Position numbers and translations under genes: made by a program. Below the pieces are notes generated by a model. The model had not been told where the DNA came from. It ran no database searches and was given only the letters and a program-made list of their open reading frames with translations. A stretch of DNA of 64,000 nucleotides from Botryllus schlosseri (Eukaryota): positions 31,002,001 through 31,066,000 of the forward strand of contig CM119372.1 in assembly GCA_051294905.1 (NCBI GenBank), read 5' to 3'. This document shows positions 37,201 through 50,399 of the stretch, one piece after another; position 1 is the stretch's first letter, and each line of letters starts with the position of its first letter.

Positions 37201-40122
37201 CAGTTATATATACAGACCGAGTATCTAGCACGTAAAAATTTGAAATGTATCTCAATACTGTACTAGAACAAAGATTTGAAACCTTTTTCAATCAGTTAAA
37301 AAAACGTCAGTGAAACCAAGGGTGGCATGAAGTCTTTTTACAGCTGCATAGTCCTTCATCTCATTACAATTGGGAACAGTGATGGCGAGAATAATACGAT
37401 ATCGGACTACATTAACGTTACCATATTTTCGGGCTGACTTGTTTGTTTGTTATTCATGGTGTTTCGACAGCCTTGGTCATTTTACACCAGGCCGGCATTC
37501 TTTTATTATGATTCTGCATTCACCGACTTGTAGCACGGCCCAATTATTGGCGTTTATATGACACTACTGGTGCGGATCACGTGGCAAGGAGGAGTCTATA
37601 TAAATTGCCAACACTTAGGTAGGAATTCTGGAGTCGAACTCGGTCGGACTCGAACCAGCAATCCGTTGGCGTTGTATCAGTGAAACTTAGGCTACCACTA
37701 CTACCAGTTCGTTGCTCAAATTCCGGTCACTCTGTAGTGCACACTAGCAGCTTTTAAAATGAGGCATGGACATCGTCTGTTAATATTTCGTCACACCAGC
37801 AAAGATCCGCCTATCGACCAGAGGTGGTCACGACTCGGTTCAGGAGCCGGAGTGTGTAGTTGTGTGTTGTAACCAGAACCGAAAAACATTTCTGCAGCCC
37901 CCATCCGCCCAAATGAACACTGATCTGCCCATAGATAATATTGGTTGTGTTAATTTACGACAGGATTATGAGCCCAATTCAAGCCTTCAAAATTCCAGAC
38001 ATGTAAGTATATTTTTGAATTTCCTCCCGGATGCAGTTTAAACAGTGAAATTCCGGACACGACCGGGAAAAGCTGCACGTATGGCAACCATAGACTACAC
38101 ACGCCAATGCTCAGACTAGATTGCGCAAAGTGCGGCAATGTTAAAAGGTTATTGAAAAGCGTTTGAAAAAAGTTGATGAGTAAAGTCATCATATTCATAT
38201 TTTGTTCATTTTAGTGATGTTAGGGCCTAATCGTAGACCATCTGAGCTCATCTTAAATGTACGGGACCAAGTTCAATTACATATCCATCACTCGGGACAA
38301 GCGACGATATAGTGCAGTGCAGTGCTTTTCAACCTGTGGGATGGTACGCACGGGTGCGTATGAAAAAATTTTCAGTGCGAATGACGAAGGTGGTGCGAAT
38401 GGTGGGAATGAAAATCTGGATAAGTGCGGATGAAAACCGTTAATAATTGTTAATTTTTCTGACGTGGAATAATTCAAATGAACCTAATGGAAAATTCAAG
38501 GGCACTGTCGCAGAAAATATAACTTGATCATGAGAATGAGCCGACCTATGTATTTCACAAATTGGTTTGACTTCATGATAAGATTTCTCCGACTGGTTTC
38601 TTTGATACACTTAGTCGAAGACAGTCGGGGTGAACTAGTGTAGGGGTGTACAACGAGCGAGTTCGGGCCTATGAGACACATTCATTTCGAGGCAAACTCC
38701 ATCTGCGTCGGGGCACATGAACACGTAAAGTTTTGGCCAGCATACCCCTGATAAAATGGGGTGCCAAAACGATCAGCGGCGACAAAACCTTGGCCAAAAT
38801 GACCGTCGTTGGTTGGCCAAAATTTCCGATATGGATATGCTCCGTCGTCGAAATGCTCTACAGTTGATACCGTAGGACCCGTTTTTGGAATCTGAGTAGA
38901 CAGTATAGTACAAATGCGACAAGCAGAGGAATTTAAATCACTCCAATTCGAAATCACGTGTGTCAGACATGTTTCGTTGAGCTGTGTTGGTGTGCGCGTC
39001 CAGTATGTCATATACATGTTCGTAACATCGTAGCATACTAACCTACTGTAATATTTCAATTGCAATAGGCCTACTTTTCATGTGTGAGGCTCGGGGCGCG
39101 AGATGTCACTAAAACTCAGTTTTTTTTCGTGGTCAAAATATCTACATTAAGATTATTGAACTGCTATAAACTTCCAAGCTCGATTGAGTTAAAGAGCAGA
39201 ACACATTGTATCGTCAATTTCTTTGCTCTTCGCATCTACCCGCGACACAGGAAATGAGAAATTAAAAAAAAGACCACAAGTTGTTGCAACATATCCTAAG
39301 GTAGAGCGAGCTCTCATGTGCCTACTCTCCTTCATAGTTTTGGAGCTTATTCTACAGGCCATCAGGCGGAAGCCTCAACCCAAACATGTGTGTTTTTCAC
39401 CGTTTCGACGAACTGGAGCCTCCGAAACCTTTACGTCAACTCTTAAAAACGATTTCTGCGAGCAAGCATTTTTCACTCGGTGAAAACGCGCTGCATTTTG
39501 GATAGGAGGGCTGGATGGTTCCACGAAAGACCTGGCCATCCAAGCACTTATTTGGACGAGAAGGGTTTTGGTGAACTATAGTTGAAATCTAAACGAGGGA
39601 AAAGAGTCGTCTTTATAATGAGACACTTGGTGTACTAAGGCTAAGCTATTTGTTGCATATTGGAACAAAATATTGTTAAGTATCTTCATATTCTTTTTGT
39701 ATAACAATTTTCGGTAGTTGTGCGAATGAAATTAATATTGCAAATAAAACGCGAAAGGTTGAAAATCACTGTAGTGGTACCTTCCAAAATTGCAACACCT
39801 ACGTGTAAGTCTGTATAAAAACAAACAAATTTTACACACGTCATACTTCCTCAAGACTGTAAATGACCATCCTGCTATAGTTTTGCGTTAATGTCGAATT
39901 CATATTTGGTTGATTCACAGAAAGCACCCGTGACCATTTGCCTAATTGGTGTTGTTGCGCCAAAATGATTCATCAACTAACCTCATACGTGATAGTTTCG
40001 TCCGTATAACTCCATCGAAAGCTCACTGTCTTTTGTCGGTCCAAAAATACGGAGTTTGTTGGTTCCAACGCATCACCAATAATAGACGTCACAAAGCAGG
40101 AAATTAATAGAAGGTAATGCAT
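19284..40122 (-). CDS. MOXD1: DBH-like monooxygenase (copper type II ascorbate-dependent; signal peptide + DOMON + Cu2 monooxygenase N/C domains), MOXD1-like
   Basis: Exons on - strand: 40122-39982, 36182-36072, 34752-34603, 33438-33348, 33292-33239, 33171-33047, 32759-32682, 31598-31391, 29785-29619, 29559-29465, 27001-26845, 25039-24943, 24870-24812, 22607-22512, 20048-19948 and probably 19389-19284 (611 aa). The alternative is a stop at 19932 (581 aa). Motifs: signal peptide MHYLLLISCFVTSIIG; DOMON GWVGIGFSPSGTMKGADI, LDTCD, EDTTRVIFAY; DTYYHC; CuH ligands IHHLVVY and LEMHYDN; AWAVG; CuM ligands MHSHT and GGLGTRDEMC; YDFDFQE. The symbol denotes the family; exact orthology is not established. 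Confidence 0.9.
23106..24396. mobile_element. hAT-like non-autonomous element, family B, in a MOXD1-like intron
   Basis: TIR CAGAGGTGGTCA...TGACCACCTCTT, perfect TSD TGTCTAGT (23098-23105, 24397-24404). Confidence 0.88.
25136..25766. mobile_element. Decayed hAT MITE
   Basis: Ends ATTCCCAACC / GTTGGGAACTCAG, TSD CTCTAGAC/CTCTAGAT; inverted diverged copy at about 41590-42170. Confidence 0.55.
28330..29202. mobile_element. hAT-like MITE, family C (CAGTGTTGGGAT termini; CAAGT/GACTCGAGTC repeats)
   Basis: Ends GTTGGGATCAAGTCAC...TCATCCCAACAC, TSD ATGTAAAC/ATTTAAAC; reverse complement of 30263-31181 over its whole length. Confidence 0.82.
30263..31181. mobile_element. hAT-like MITE, family C
   Basis: TIR CAGTGTTGGGAT...ATCCCAACACTG, perfect TSD GTACCTAG (30255-30262, 31182-31189). 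Confidence 0.9.
32091..32520. mobile_element. hAT-like MITE with GGAGCC subterminal repeats
   Basis: Perfect TSD GTTTTGAC (32083-32090, 32521-32528), diverged CA...TG TIRs. Confidence 0.7.
35637..35934. mobile_element. hAT MITE (CAGTGGTTCTCAAA termini)
   Basis: TIR CAGTGGTTCTCAAA...TTTGAGAACCACTG; right half is the reverse complement of the left half of 10010-10285. Confidence 0.75.
37438..37702 (-). mobile_element. tRNA-derived SINE, family 2
   Basis: Reverse complement of 54921-55197: B box GGTTCGAGTCC, GACTCCAGAATTCCTACC, GGCCTGGTGTAAA, (CAAA)n tail. Confidence 0.75.
38320..39771. mobile_element. hAT-like non-autonomous element (CAGTGCTTTTCAACC termini, TGCGAATG repeats)
   Basis: TIR CAGTGCTTTTCAACC...GGTTGAAAATCACTG; no clean 8-bp TSD; related end at 63889. 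Confidence 0.6.
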
Positions 40123-40188
40123 AATGCTAATATTACTATTACCCTGTTCGTTGCATAATAATAATTTTACACTTTTCTTTTTTATAAG

Positions 40189-40202
40189 CTTATATATATA
40201 TC
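40189..40202 (-). promoter_or_regulatory. Possible TATA box of the MOXD1-like gene
   Basis: TATATATATAAG on - strand about 70 nt upstream of the ATG at 40122; could be a simple TA repeat. Confidence 0.25.
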
Positions 40203-43200
40203 TAATCATGACTCGCTCAACAATTGAAAACAAAATCGCGACGCCGAATTGGTCGTGCCTTTCTGAATGTATTTGGTAACAGCGAGGGTGATAACAGTGC
40301 TCAAGGAACAAGTTCACAATTATCGACTTCATCTGAGCTGAAATGCAATAAAACTTTATTGATGTGAAGCTGTCAATCTCAGGAAATGAGTGTGGCCATT
40401 AACAATCTTCCCGCGAAATCCTTGTCTCCTGTGATAGACATAATCACGCTTAGTAGGAATAACCTGCCTGATAGAGTCATCGACGTATGTGTTTCTCTAT
40501 TTTTTTGGTGTTGCGTTCAAACCGAAAGGTGTCGTCGGAATATTTCAGCGTTAATATATTCCATTCACATCCACCTACTTTTGTGAAACGTATCAAGTCG
40601 AAGGCGTGGATTCACAAGACACGACCACGTACTTCAAGACCTGCTTCTGACATGCAGCTGCCGAAATCCCATCAAGTGATTTCGCTTTGGAACGGTCATA
40701 TTCTTTTCAAATTCCATATAGTAAGATATCCTTTTCAAAAAAGCGCAATCTTAGCCGGTTACACTATAGCCCGGTAGTACTTAACTTTTTTTTACCTTCA
40801 GAACAAATGTCGCGGACCGGTCCACTTTCAAATGTCAAAATTACCCTAAATTTAATTACGATATATGTATGCAACTGAAATGTAATTTATTGGATCCTTC
40901 ATTTAATGTTGCATTGAGATGAGCTATGTAGGCTATATGTCGTTTTATTGAAGTTCAGGCAAGGCGAAGCTCGTGAAATACCGGTAAATATCGATAACTT
41001 TATGTGATTGTTCGGTATCGTTTTAAGAATTGCGACTTTGCTGTTTGTTATAGCCTCTATTGTACTGTCAAGTGCCCCTTATAATTGCACTGTCGGAAGT
41101 TTACGAACTTAGTTTAAAAGTCTTCACAGCTGTCACATGTAACCTTTTGGAGTTATAGAGGCTACTTCTAAACTGTTTCGTACAACGCTTGTATTTTAGT
41201 GACGTAGGCTACGCCCAAGGTATAGACCATGGACTCTCTTATGACACCATGGAGGAAATTATATTCCAATCGTCTAAATTATTTAGAAGTTTGATATTTT
41301 ATATCTCTAATGAATTGGAGACCGTCGAACTTCGTGCATTTTGGAATGGAGACATAACATTATAATTTATTTGCCCGACCGATAGGAAACATGCCAAGGA
41401 CCGGGACCGGGACCTGTCCGCGGGCCAGTGGTTGAGAACGACTGACTATAGCCTACAGTTAATATTTGCATCAGATAGATGACAGCTATCGAATAATCGA
41501 GCTAAAAGGAACGCGGGGCCTCGACAATAGAAAAGGGGTTCACAAAGACTAAAAGGTTGAGAACCACTCAACTAGTACAACGCCATAGTAGAGCTCCCAA
41601 CTGAAGTTCGGTACATATGAAGCCGCATGAAAGTACTCAATTAATTGAAGCGAATATTTAATCACGCACATATAGTTCTACAAATTCTATGAAGCAGGGA
41701 TAGACGAGTGTTGTTCAATGGAACAAACTAAAAATGCATATCATTACTACAACGTAAGATATTATATTGATATATGTGATAGGTCTTCAGCCTCTAAACA
41801 TCCATATGTAAGAGTATGCGGGGCGGTGGAGAGGGGCATATACGAGGAGTAATTTTGTACTTATTGCAGTTTATGCTTGGCTATTAGCCTTTACTTTAAA
41901 TACCATCAAAATCGCATGTATGTTGGCTCTTCAAAAAACTACAAGTAGAAATAAAAAAATACTGTTATGTAACGGGTGTTCGTCCATGTGTTGTACCTAG
42001 TCTGCAAGAATTCTCTTCCTTTCCCCGTTTTCAGAGCGCTCATGAGCGGCTTTGTCATAGCTAATATCCGGAGTTTTAGTATTGTTATGCAGAAATCGAC
42101 GAGAGTCGCGAAAAGGCTAGCTATAGCAGTCGCATGCTACACTAATTGCCGCGGTTTCTAATCACTGGTCTAATCTATACCTTACCATACCTCTTCTGAA
42201 TGACTAGCTGTTTAAATGAGTCACTGTTTCCATGCTTTTAGTTTTAACACTGGTAGTTTAGAACACCTCGCCAATTAGAATGGCTCAGTATTTTGACCTC
42301 GTCATTTTCCACGAACTGTTTTTCCGCTAGCTATTTTCCGGGATATGGCGCGCCTTACACCCATAGCCCTTATGTCAACTATAAATGACTCAATATCTAA
42401 GTTAGATAAATTTATTTTATCTGTACGCGCCAGTCCGCAGATAACTGCAACAAACGCGGAAAAATTTGAACATAGATGTGAACGCTAAGAACGTGCACAA
42501 ATTAGGAATTGAGTATCATAAACGATAAATCCCATTGAGCTCATACCGCAAATACGTGATACTCGTTGGATACGTCGAGGTTCAGAATGCTTATAATTAC
42601 AATTTCACTTGTTCGTTACGACGGTCGACGGGAAATAAGTTGGTGCGTAGCTTGATGAAAGACAACCGCATGATGTACCCACAAAGTTACGACGTTATAA
42701 TTAGGATGCAGTCATTCCGTTTTTAACGATTCCTCTGTGCTTGAGAACTGTCTCGTGTTCTCTGTCTTTTCAGCTGTAGCATGGAATCTATCACTCGTCT
42801 AGCATCCAATAGTTCAACTATATTCGAATAATAGGCGCGTTCTACTAATCCACGGTGGTAGTAAGCTTATAGCTTGGCTAAAATAGACTCCGACTTGCAC
42901 GCGGTCGGAATCAAAATGAAAGCCAAGCATTGAGTAATATGATATTTCGTTTATTTTACAAATCAATCAGAACCTTTTTACTCATTGCTGATGACACGTG
43001 AATCTCAATGAATTCCAGACTAGCCCTCATTTCCTGATGTAGCCACAACATACGCATTACTGTATTTTCTGCTTGCCAGCTCGCTTTAATTTACATGAAG
43101 TACAGATAACCGTCCTATTTATTTCAATATACGCTGTTTGTAAAACCTATTTCATCGTCGCGATGTATAAAATGGATACTTGGATTTACTGTCATTCATT

Positions 43201-44595
43201 TTATTCCCGTCCAAAGCTTGTTAGAATCGTTACTGATTTAAATATCAACATCCGAGATTCTATTATTAGACTGCATGGTGCATACGTCACTATTCTCCAC
43301 TTGTTTTCAAGTGAGGTTAATGTGTCATTAACATAGAGGTGCCGCAGTGACTTCACTTGACGGAGTGGTAGTTATTTCTATTCTCGATGGAGTTTGTCAC
43401 GAAATGATTTCAGCTGTTCTGACATGCCTGAATCGTAATATCAGCAGACTAGAATAGCAATTTGATCGTGTCGTGTAAACAAACATGAGAATTCCTAGGA
43501 AGTTGGTTGATTGTATAAATGTGAGCTGTAACGTCGGTAATGTAAAAATTGTGTGCTTTCACGAAATTATTGTCCCATCGGGGAATGGGCAGTGTTGTGA
43601 TCAAGTCAGTTCCCTCGAGTCACAAGTCACTTCGACTTCAAAAAAATGCTACACGGCCAGAATTTCATCACTTTCTCGTGTGATAGCCTCGGGCGGGCCC
43701 ATTCATTGATGCATATTGATACTTTGTGAACATCAGGGAAAATTGTAGCTTCTCGAATGAGGTTGATAATGGTATTGCTCACATTTGTACCCCGGGCACA
43801 GATTGCAAGGTCATGACTCTTCGGCGCGGGCAATTTTTCGGTTGGAGATATCACTATCGAAGGTTTCGCCCAACGTATAGGGAAGTCTCTTGGCGCCACG
43901 GTTTATCGCCATCGAACTATTTGACAACGCACTGTGCGGAGTCACATGTGTACCTAAATTCCACGTCTTGTGTCTTTATGGCCGGCGCCGAAATGCCTAA
44001 CTAATTATTAAATTATGCGCATGTGTTATGCTTTCATCATAACTATATATATGGGCGTACCTACATTAAAATCGAAAAATACATTGACCTGAAATCGAGC
44101 CCAGTGCGAAGAAAATTTCCGAGTTGAATAATTCTGCCCTGATTCAATTCAGTCGATAATATTTGCAATTGCATTTATTACTACAGTTTTTTGTCCTCTC
44201 TCAGCACACGTGATCAGATTTACTGGCAGAGCTGACGGAGGAGGTGCTGTCTTTGAAAATGTCGGGCACATAAATAATTATTGATAATTATATGTTCGGG
44301 CGGGCCCGTTGTTAGTGATTACTCGTCTCAAGTTTCATATGTCTTAGTGTGTCACGGTGTGGCAATGGCTGACACATAAATGCCTATTTCTCTAATGATG
44401 CGTATTTCTAATTGAGATAGGTGTACCCATATCAAAATCACGACATCTAACGACGTAAATTTTAAAAAAGTTGAAAAACTCTCCAAATAAATACTCCATA
44501 ATTTATGTTGATTTATTACATCATTTTGACACCCCCCTTCGGTTTGGGGCGAGGCATGTAGCAAATGATTACAAACGAGGGGAGTTTATCTATAG

Positions 44596-45816
44596 CAGGG
44601 GTCACCAACCCGGTGCTCGCGGGCCCCAGGTAGCCCGCGAGGACCAGATGAGTAGCCCGCGAGCCCGTTCTAAAAATATCATTCACCAATATTCGTCAGA
44701 TTATTACCAGCGAGCTTTTAAATATACAGATTGATTGATTCCGCAATTCTTGTGTAAAACACACTAACATGTAACTTACAAGTGGCAATACATATAGATA
44801 TAAACACTTAAAAAAGATCTTCAATTACAATAGTAATATATAGATATATGTGATAGAATCACCAGAAATTGCACATACGGCGCACTGCCTATACGAGCGA
44901 CATGACGGAATGCCATTGTCTTCTTGAAATGGCGGGTGGGGGGTCCGTTATGATAGCTCGACATCCAGGACAATGTCAAGGTGGTAAAAATGTTACTATT
45001 TGGAGTCAAATAGCTGTGAAACACTAGCAGATTTTCAATATCTGTATGCCCATTACGTATTGCATCTTTTGACACAGCTTGTTTCTCTTACACTCAACGA
45101 AGTTTAATACCATGTTTCTAACGTTCTGTAATCGTTGCTGCTGTACGGTATAATGAAATCTAGTCATTTCTGGATGCTGAACCGTCGGAGATTGAAATTG
45201 TAACACTGCGAAATGACCTCCACCTCAAAGCCTAACAGAATACAGCAAGTGTTTGGTGCCTTGTTGATACGGAAAAGTACAGTGGTGTATGCGCAGCTGC
45301 TGTCAAGGTTGCAAGAGTGTATGGTTCAACTTATCGTTGTGAATCAGAATTTTGGGACATGAAATTCATCAAAAACAAACACAGAACACGCTTGACTAAT
45401 GCATATCTGGAACGCTCACTCAGAGTTGCAGTGTCAAGTTACATACCAGAGTACAGCGCACTAGTTGATATCATACAATGCCAGGCTTCTCCCTGATTGC
45501 TATAGAAACAGATAACATGATGTCCAGTCTAAAGTGGAACATGATATATTTTGAAAATTGAGTTGTATAATTTATACAAACATTGTGCGAAGTAATTCAT
45601 GATTTCGTAAAAATTATTAGTGGATAGCTAATTGAAATTATATATATTCAAAGACTCTATTAGAAGTCTTAACACAATGTGATTCCTGCCCAGTGCTATT
45701 AATATCAAAGCGGAAATTCAGTGTGGTACGGGTAAACGGCGGGAGTAAATGGTAGCCCGCCGCATCAATCAGTACGCAAAAGTAGCCCTCGGTTGCAAAA
45801 AGGTTGGTGACCCCTG
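44596..45816 (+). mobile_element. Charlie/SPIN-like hAT internal-deletion derivative
   Basis: Perfect 15-bp TIR CAGGGGTCACCAACC, perfect TSD ATCTATAG (44588-44595, 45817-45824), GTAGCCC subterminal repeats, transposase C-terminal remnant inside. Confidence 0.9.
45188..45496 (+). pseudogene. hAT transposase C-terminal remnant (GTF2IRD2/Charlie/SPIN type)
   Basis: EIEIVTLRNDLHLKA*QNTASVWCLVDTEKYSGVCAAAVKVARVYGSTYRCESEFWDMKFIKNKHRTRLTNAYLERSLRVAVSSYIPEYSALVDIIQCQASP*. It shows the GSTYxCExxF...KxKHRxRLT signature and has one in-frame stop. Confidence 0.85.
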
Positions 45817-47458
45817 ATCTATAGGCTCACCATCGCCATCCGATCTACGTAAGCGTTGTCTTAAAAAATCTGGAAGTGGGCAGTGCTCCCAGTCGCCAGA
45901 TGCGGAATCATAATGAAGAATATCGGCCTGGTGTAAATGACCATTGTAGTCGAAAAGCATCATGAATACCACAACACAACAGCAAACGAGAGAGCGGGTA
46001 TCCAATCAACAAGTTGTCTTTTACATCGAACACAAAGAGGTTGTAAGTAACCTGAGTTGCGGCAATTGCTTGCTGATTATACCGAAAATCAGGCTGGAGT
46101 GCTGCATTTCCCTATCAACGTTCGCAAAGCGTTTGAAAGAAATGATAAATTCCAAGTCTCAGGCATACACAACACCGCACTGTCCGATTTCACTCTCTAA
46201 TCAAAATGGCTGTCACGAAAACCTAGCTGCGAATTATTGTGAGCACAGGACGTGGCTCGAGACGCTTATGGTGCAATATAATTTAGGGACAAACATGTAT
46301 TTGCTCGTCTAATCTTGAGAAGATAAGTGTTTGAAACATTTGTCAAATATAATGAGGAACTTCAACATTTCTTCATGACCCACCTGAAATAGCTTCGCGA
46401 CCCACCGGTTGAGAAGCACTGCTATAAAGGAAGAGCCATTGTTATATGCGTATTTAGAGGAAAGCTATAGGCTAAACGTATTTGAACGTGATAATAAGTG
46501 GTACTTGAAAACTCGACTCGAACACTGGCGTAGCAAGGAGGGGGCGAAAGGGGCCATACCCCCCAAAAAACACTCTTAAAGTTTTCGTTAATTAATACAA
46601 GGTTTAGTATCTTTGAGCATATGTATTCAACTTGGGATTTTTCTTCGCGCGATACATGGTTTCAGTAGTTTCATTTAAATAGTTGAGTGTCCAGTCATTG
46701 CAATCTGAGTCCCGCGGTACAAATGCAGGGAGAAGAGGCAATAAATGTTGCGCCGCATGAATGAATGCAAATTGGGAACCGTGCTCATCTCACCGAAGAC
46801 CAACTTCCCTTTTGATTAGTTGTGGTATGTGTGAGCGATCTTTTGAGTGACAACTATTTCCGGAGGCTACGAAAAAACAGCATGCTCCAACCAAGTAAGT
46901 AATTACCAGTGGTCCGCCCGACGCTCACCCTCCAGAAACTCATGAATAGTCTTATCACGTGGTATGAACATAATAGCTCAAGATGACTAATTGCGTGCCT
47001 TCTAGATCTTTGAAGTCCACAGCAGTCCCCAAATGGAGGGCGAGCTCGACTGGGGCCCAAAATTATTTCGTTAGAATTAATAAACTTGAAATTTATTTTC
47101 GCACTTGGCGCGATTTATTGTCGCGATACGTACACGACTTGATTTTAATATGAATACCCCATCTCCCAGTAAAAATGATTTAATTTAATATGTAGAAATA
47201 GGCATTTCGGCGCCGTTGATATATGTATATGCAATTGTCAGTTGTTCATATACATACCGAACAGGTCGGCACCGAATAGTCCTGTCTTGGCAATCTGAGA
47301 AAATGCCGCACCCCGTGATGAAATGTCAACTTGAAATGGTGTGTCTCACGAAAGAAGTTCTTCTTTTTGTTTAGTCTGGTGCATTCGTGCGATTCCAATA
47401 TCTGTTAACCATATAGCAGCTGTGAGGTCACGAAACAACAACATGCAACAGATCAATT

Positions 47459-48463
47459 CAGTGGTTCTCAACCTTTTGGACCTCGCAGCTCCCTCTGAAA
47501 GGAAAAAATAGTTCGCGGCACCCTAGCATTTCGAGTATACTATATTACTGGGGATAGTGGAGTAGTGTTTTTGCACCACTGCAACACCAACGGGCTGCGG
47601 GTACGGTTCCGACCGAGGTCGACTCCGCCCCTTCTTAGGTGTGGGAGGTTTATCTAAGCTCCTTCGCATCATCCAATTTCGGTAAGTGGTGTTCTACAAA
47701 AGTTCGGAACGAAATTATGTGATGTAAAATGACCCTGGATGTTGAAATACCACGAATGTTAAAAACAATGAGTAGGCTATCCTAAGTGCAAAATTAGTCA
47801 AGACGATGAATGAAAAAGAAAAATCGGTTATCAAATTACGTTATGTCAATGTTCTACCCAGTTCTGATGGTGGTGACTGAAAAAGGTCAACACCTTTGGC
47901 CAGACTTCCACATCACGACCAAATTGTCCGGGTGCTGACCTTTTGTTTTGTTATCGCCTTTCCAAATGCTACTATATGTGGTTGAGTTGACGTTCCAACG
48001 TAATTGAAAGTATAGAGGCCCCGGTCTGATTTTTGGCAGTAGCAAGTTAAGAAGCGTTGGTGGAATATCTGCGATTCTCCTCCATACGTCGCTGTGCTTA
48101 TATGGACCTTACAAATATGGCCAGAGAAAGACCCGATCAATGACGAATTCAAAGAAGAGAATGAAAAGAGCGAGGAAGCCTGAAATAAGAAAGACCAAGA
48201 TTGAGCACTGCTACATCGGGCACGAGGCTGAGGGAATGTCAGGTTGAGAGACCGTACTTAGTCGTTTCGGCATTCGATCTCCTACGTTCATTATATCGCA
48301 TTGTTGAGCGGATAAAATATTAATACCGACTATGTCATACTCAGAATTTGGATTCCCTAATTTTTGCTATAAGTCGACCTTGTTTACCACATTCTTTCGC
48401 GTCACCCTTGAGCAGTCCAATTGGCACTCTAGTGTGCCGCGGCACACCGGTTGAGAACAACTG
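47459..48463. mobile_element. hAT MITE containing a SINE family 2 5' fragment (about 47551-47670)
   Basis: TIR CAGTGGTTCTCAACC...GGTTGAGAACAACTG, TSD GATCAATT/GATTAATT; appears nested in an older CTGGCGTA...TACGCCAG element (about 46523-48587). Confidence 0.75.
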
Positions 48464-48882
48464 GATTAATTAATAACCGACCCCCCCACGTATATGTATA
48501 ATTGAATAATTGTATATCATTAACGTGCCCTAAACCGCCGAATACACCACCTCCCTAAACTCTATCGGTAAATATGGTTACGCCAGCAATTTTATGAAAT
48601 GCAATTACTAATATTATTTACAAAAATTAGTCATGAAGTAGGAAATTTATTCGCGCTTCACATTTTAAGAGGTACACCCTCTGCCTACATGACAATGAAG
48701 TCGGGCTTTCAAGAAGCCGTGACATTGGAAGTGTCTAGAGGACAAAGCCCTGCAGAAGTTCGGTTGATTGCAGACCAGGGCAAACTGCGGCCCGCAGAGT
48801 GATTTTGAGCGGCCTGCGAAGAGTTGTTCCAAATTCAAAACATTAAACCTACTTTAGAATGTTTCTGCGTGGACTAAAATTA

Positions 48883-49960
48883 CACTGGTCAACACAATTT
48901 TTGTTGACTTTGATCAGACTATTGATTTTGACTAACTTTTGGGCGCTGAATTCAGAAATGACTTCCGTTTTTCTTTATCACGTCCAGTTTTTGGGTTAGG
49001 CACCCGTGACATTGTCTACCCACCTAATCCACCTAATAGCACCACTTTTATTATTTTGTGTTTCTTCTATAAAACGTTTCAAAAACTACAAGCAGTCGAA
49101 AGTAAATCAAAAGACTTCAAATAAACATTTACACTGCTTTATTTAGTTGATTTAAACTGATATTGCTTCTACAGGACAAATAAATTGCGAGTTTCACGGG
49201 TCCAAATTTATGCCAATTACCCATAATTCTGTAGGTTGTCTAGTTTGATACTCGAGCAATAGTCAGCTAACATATGTAAGCTCCAACCTACTCTGGTATC
49301 TTATCCCCATCGTCTTCATATGCTGGGGGACATTTTCTCCTTGCCCATTTCTGACCATGTTAAGGTTTTCAGGAAAATTAAGAGGATATTTTAGTTTTTG
49401 TGAATGTCTGCTGTCCAACATAAACATATGGCAGCGGCACATGTGTATCAGGGTTGCATGTTCTCTGCATCCTTATTGTCTGACCACATAGAAAACAAAA
49501 TATTTCAAAGCTGACACGTATGATCCAATCGTGCTCGCGATACTGCAACAATTCAATATTTCTGTATTATTCACAAAGACTAACTGAGTATGTGCAATTG
49601 TTACTGCACGTAAGACGTAGCCATTTTGGAGAATGGCACAATTGAGGATACTTTTTGAGCTACCTAAAGGCATTTGCCATTCTCTTGAGTTGTAAATCGT
49701 AATTCCTAAACCCTCCAGTAATTCATGGTGACAGTATCATGCCAATACCAGTATCACGGCAATACAAAAAGCTACCGAAAGTAGGCCGACGAAGAAAAGG
49801 CTGATTTTCCTGATCGAAAGTGAGATACCTTCTCTACCTTGCCAAGTAATCGTTTCTCACTTCATAAGGATTGTAGAAGTTCCGAAAATTTCCATTCCAT
49901 GTCCCAAAGCTTATGTCAGATCAATAACATGTGTTGATGGACTACTCTACGTTCTGAATC
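48883..49960 (-). pseudogene. Chapaev3-like (CMC superfamily) transposon fossil: 3' terminus and degenerate transposase
   Basis: Terminus TTA|CACTGGTCAAC at 48883. Minus-strand fragments ELLEGLGITIYNSREW..GSSKSILNCAILQNGYVLRAVTIAHT (compare EWRLFIDSSKxSLKAVLLHNGN) and NFPENLNMVRNGQGENVPQHMKTMGIRYQSR..MLADYCSSIK (compare FPENLGAVSDEQGERFHQDI..YQG..MMADYCW). Family assignment is from recalled motifs. Confidence 0.7.
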
Positions 49961-50399
49961 ATCTTCGATTTCACAATCTTCATCATTAGGCCTGCTATCC
50001 ATAAGATATTCATCTTGATCCAAATTATCGTGCATATGCCAGTGTAGCGTCCCTGATACGGCGCGTCAAAACCTAACAGGAACTTCGTCGTGTTCGTGAG
50101 CTAGGGACCTCGCCTTTCCGTTGTCGCACGCACCGGTGTCACAAATCCGCATTGCTTAATACGCATATATCCACATAACGACATGACATCGCAAAACATA
50201 CACTGGCACAATACCCAATCAACTACATCACACACATAAATCACTGCACAAGCCCCAGTAGCCTTGTCAACCCCAGACACCTCCTGCTGTACTACCCCAC
50301 TTGAACTACTACTTCGACTTCAAACCCCGACATACTGGCTCACAACCAGCACCTCCAGCCACACTCCCAGCCAGACCAAGAACTCTTCTCCTTTTCCAA

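Noticed and set aside
38682..39065. 127-aa minus-strand ORF
   Set aside because: It lies within an intronic repeat element and has no recognisable domain.
40330..44590. Short ORFs upstream of the MOXD1-like gene
   Set aside because: They show no homology signal or exon chain; the region is a mix of MITE ends and intergenic sequence.
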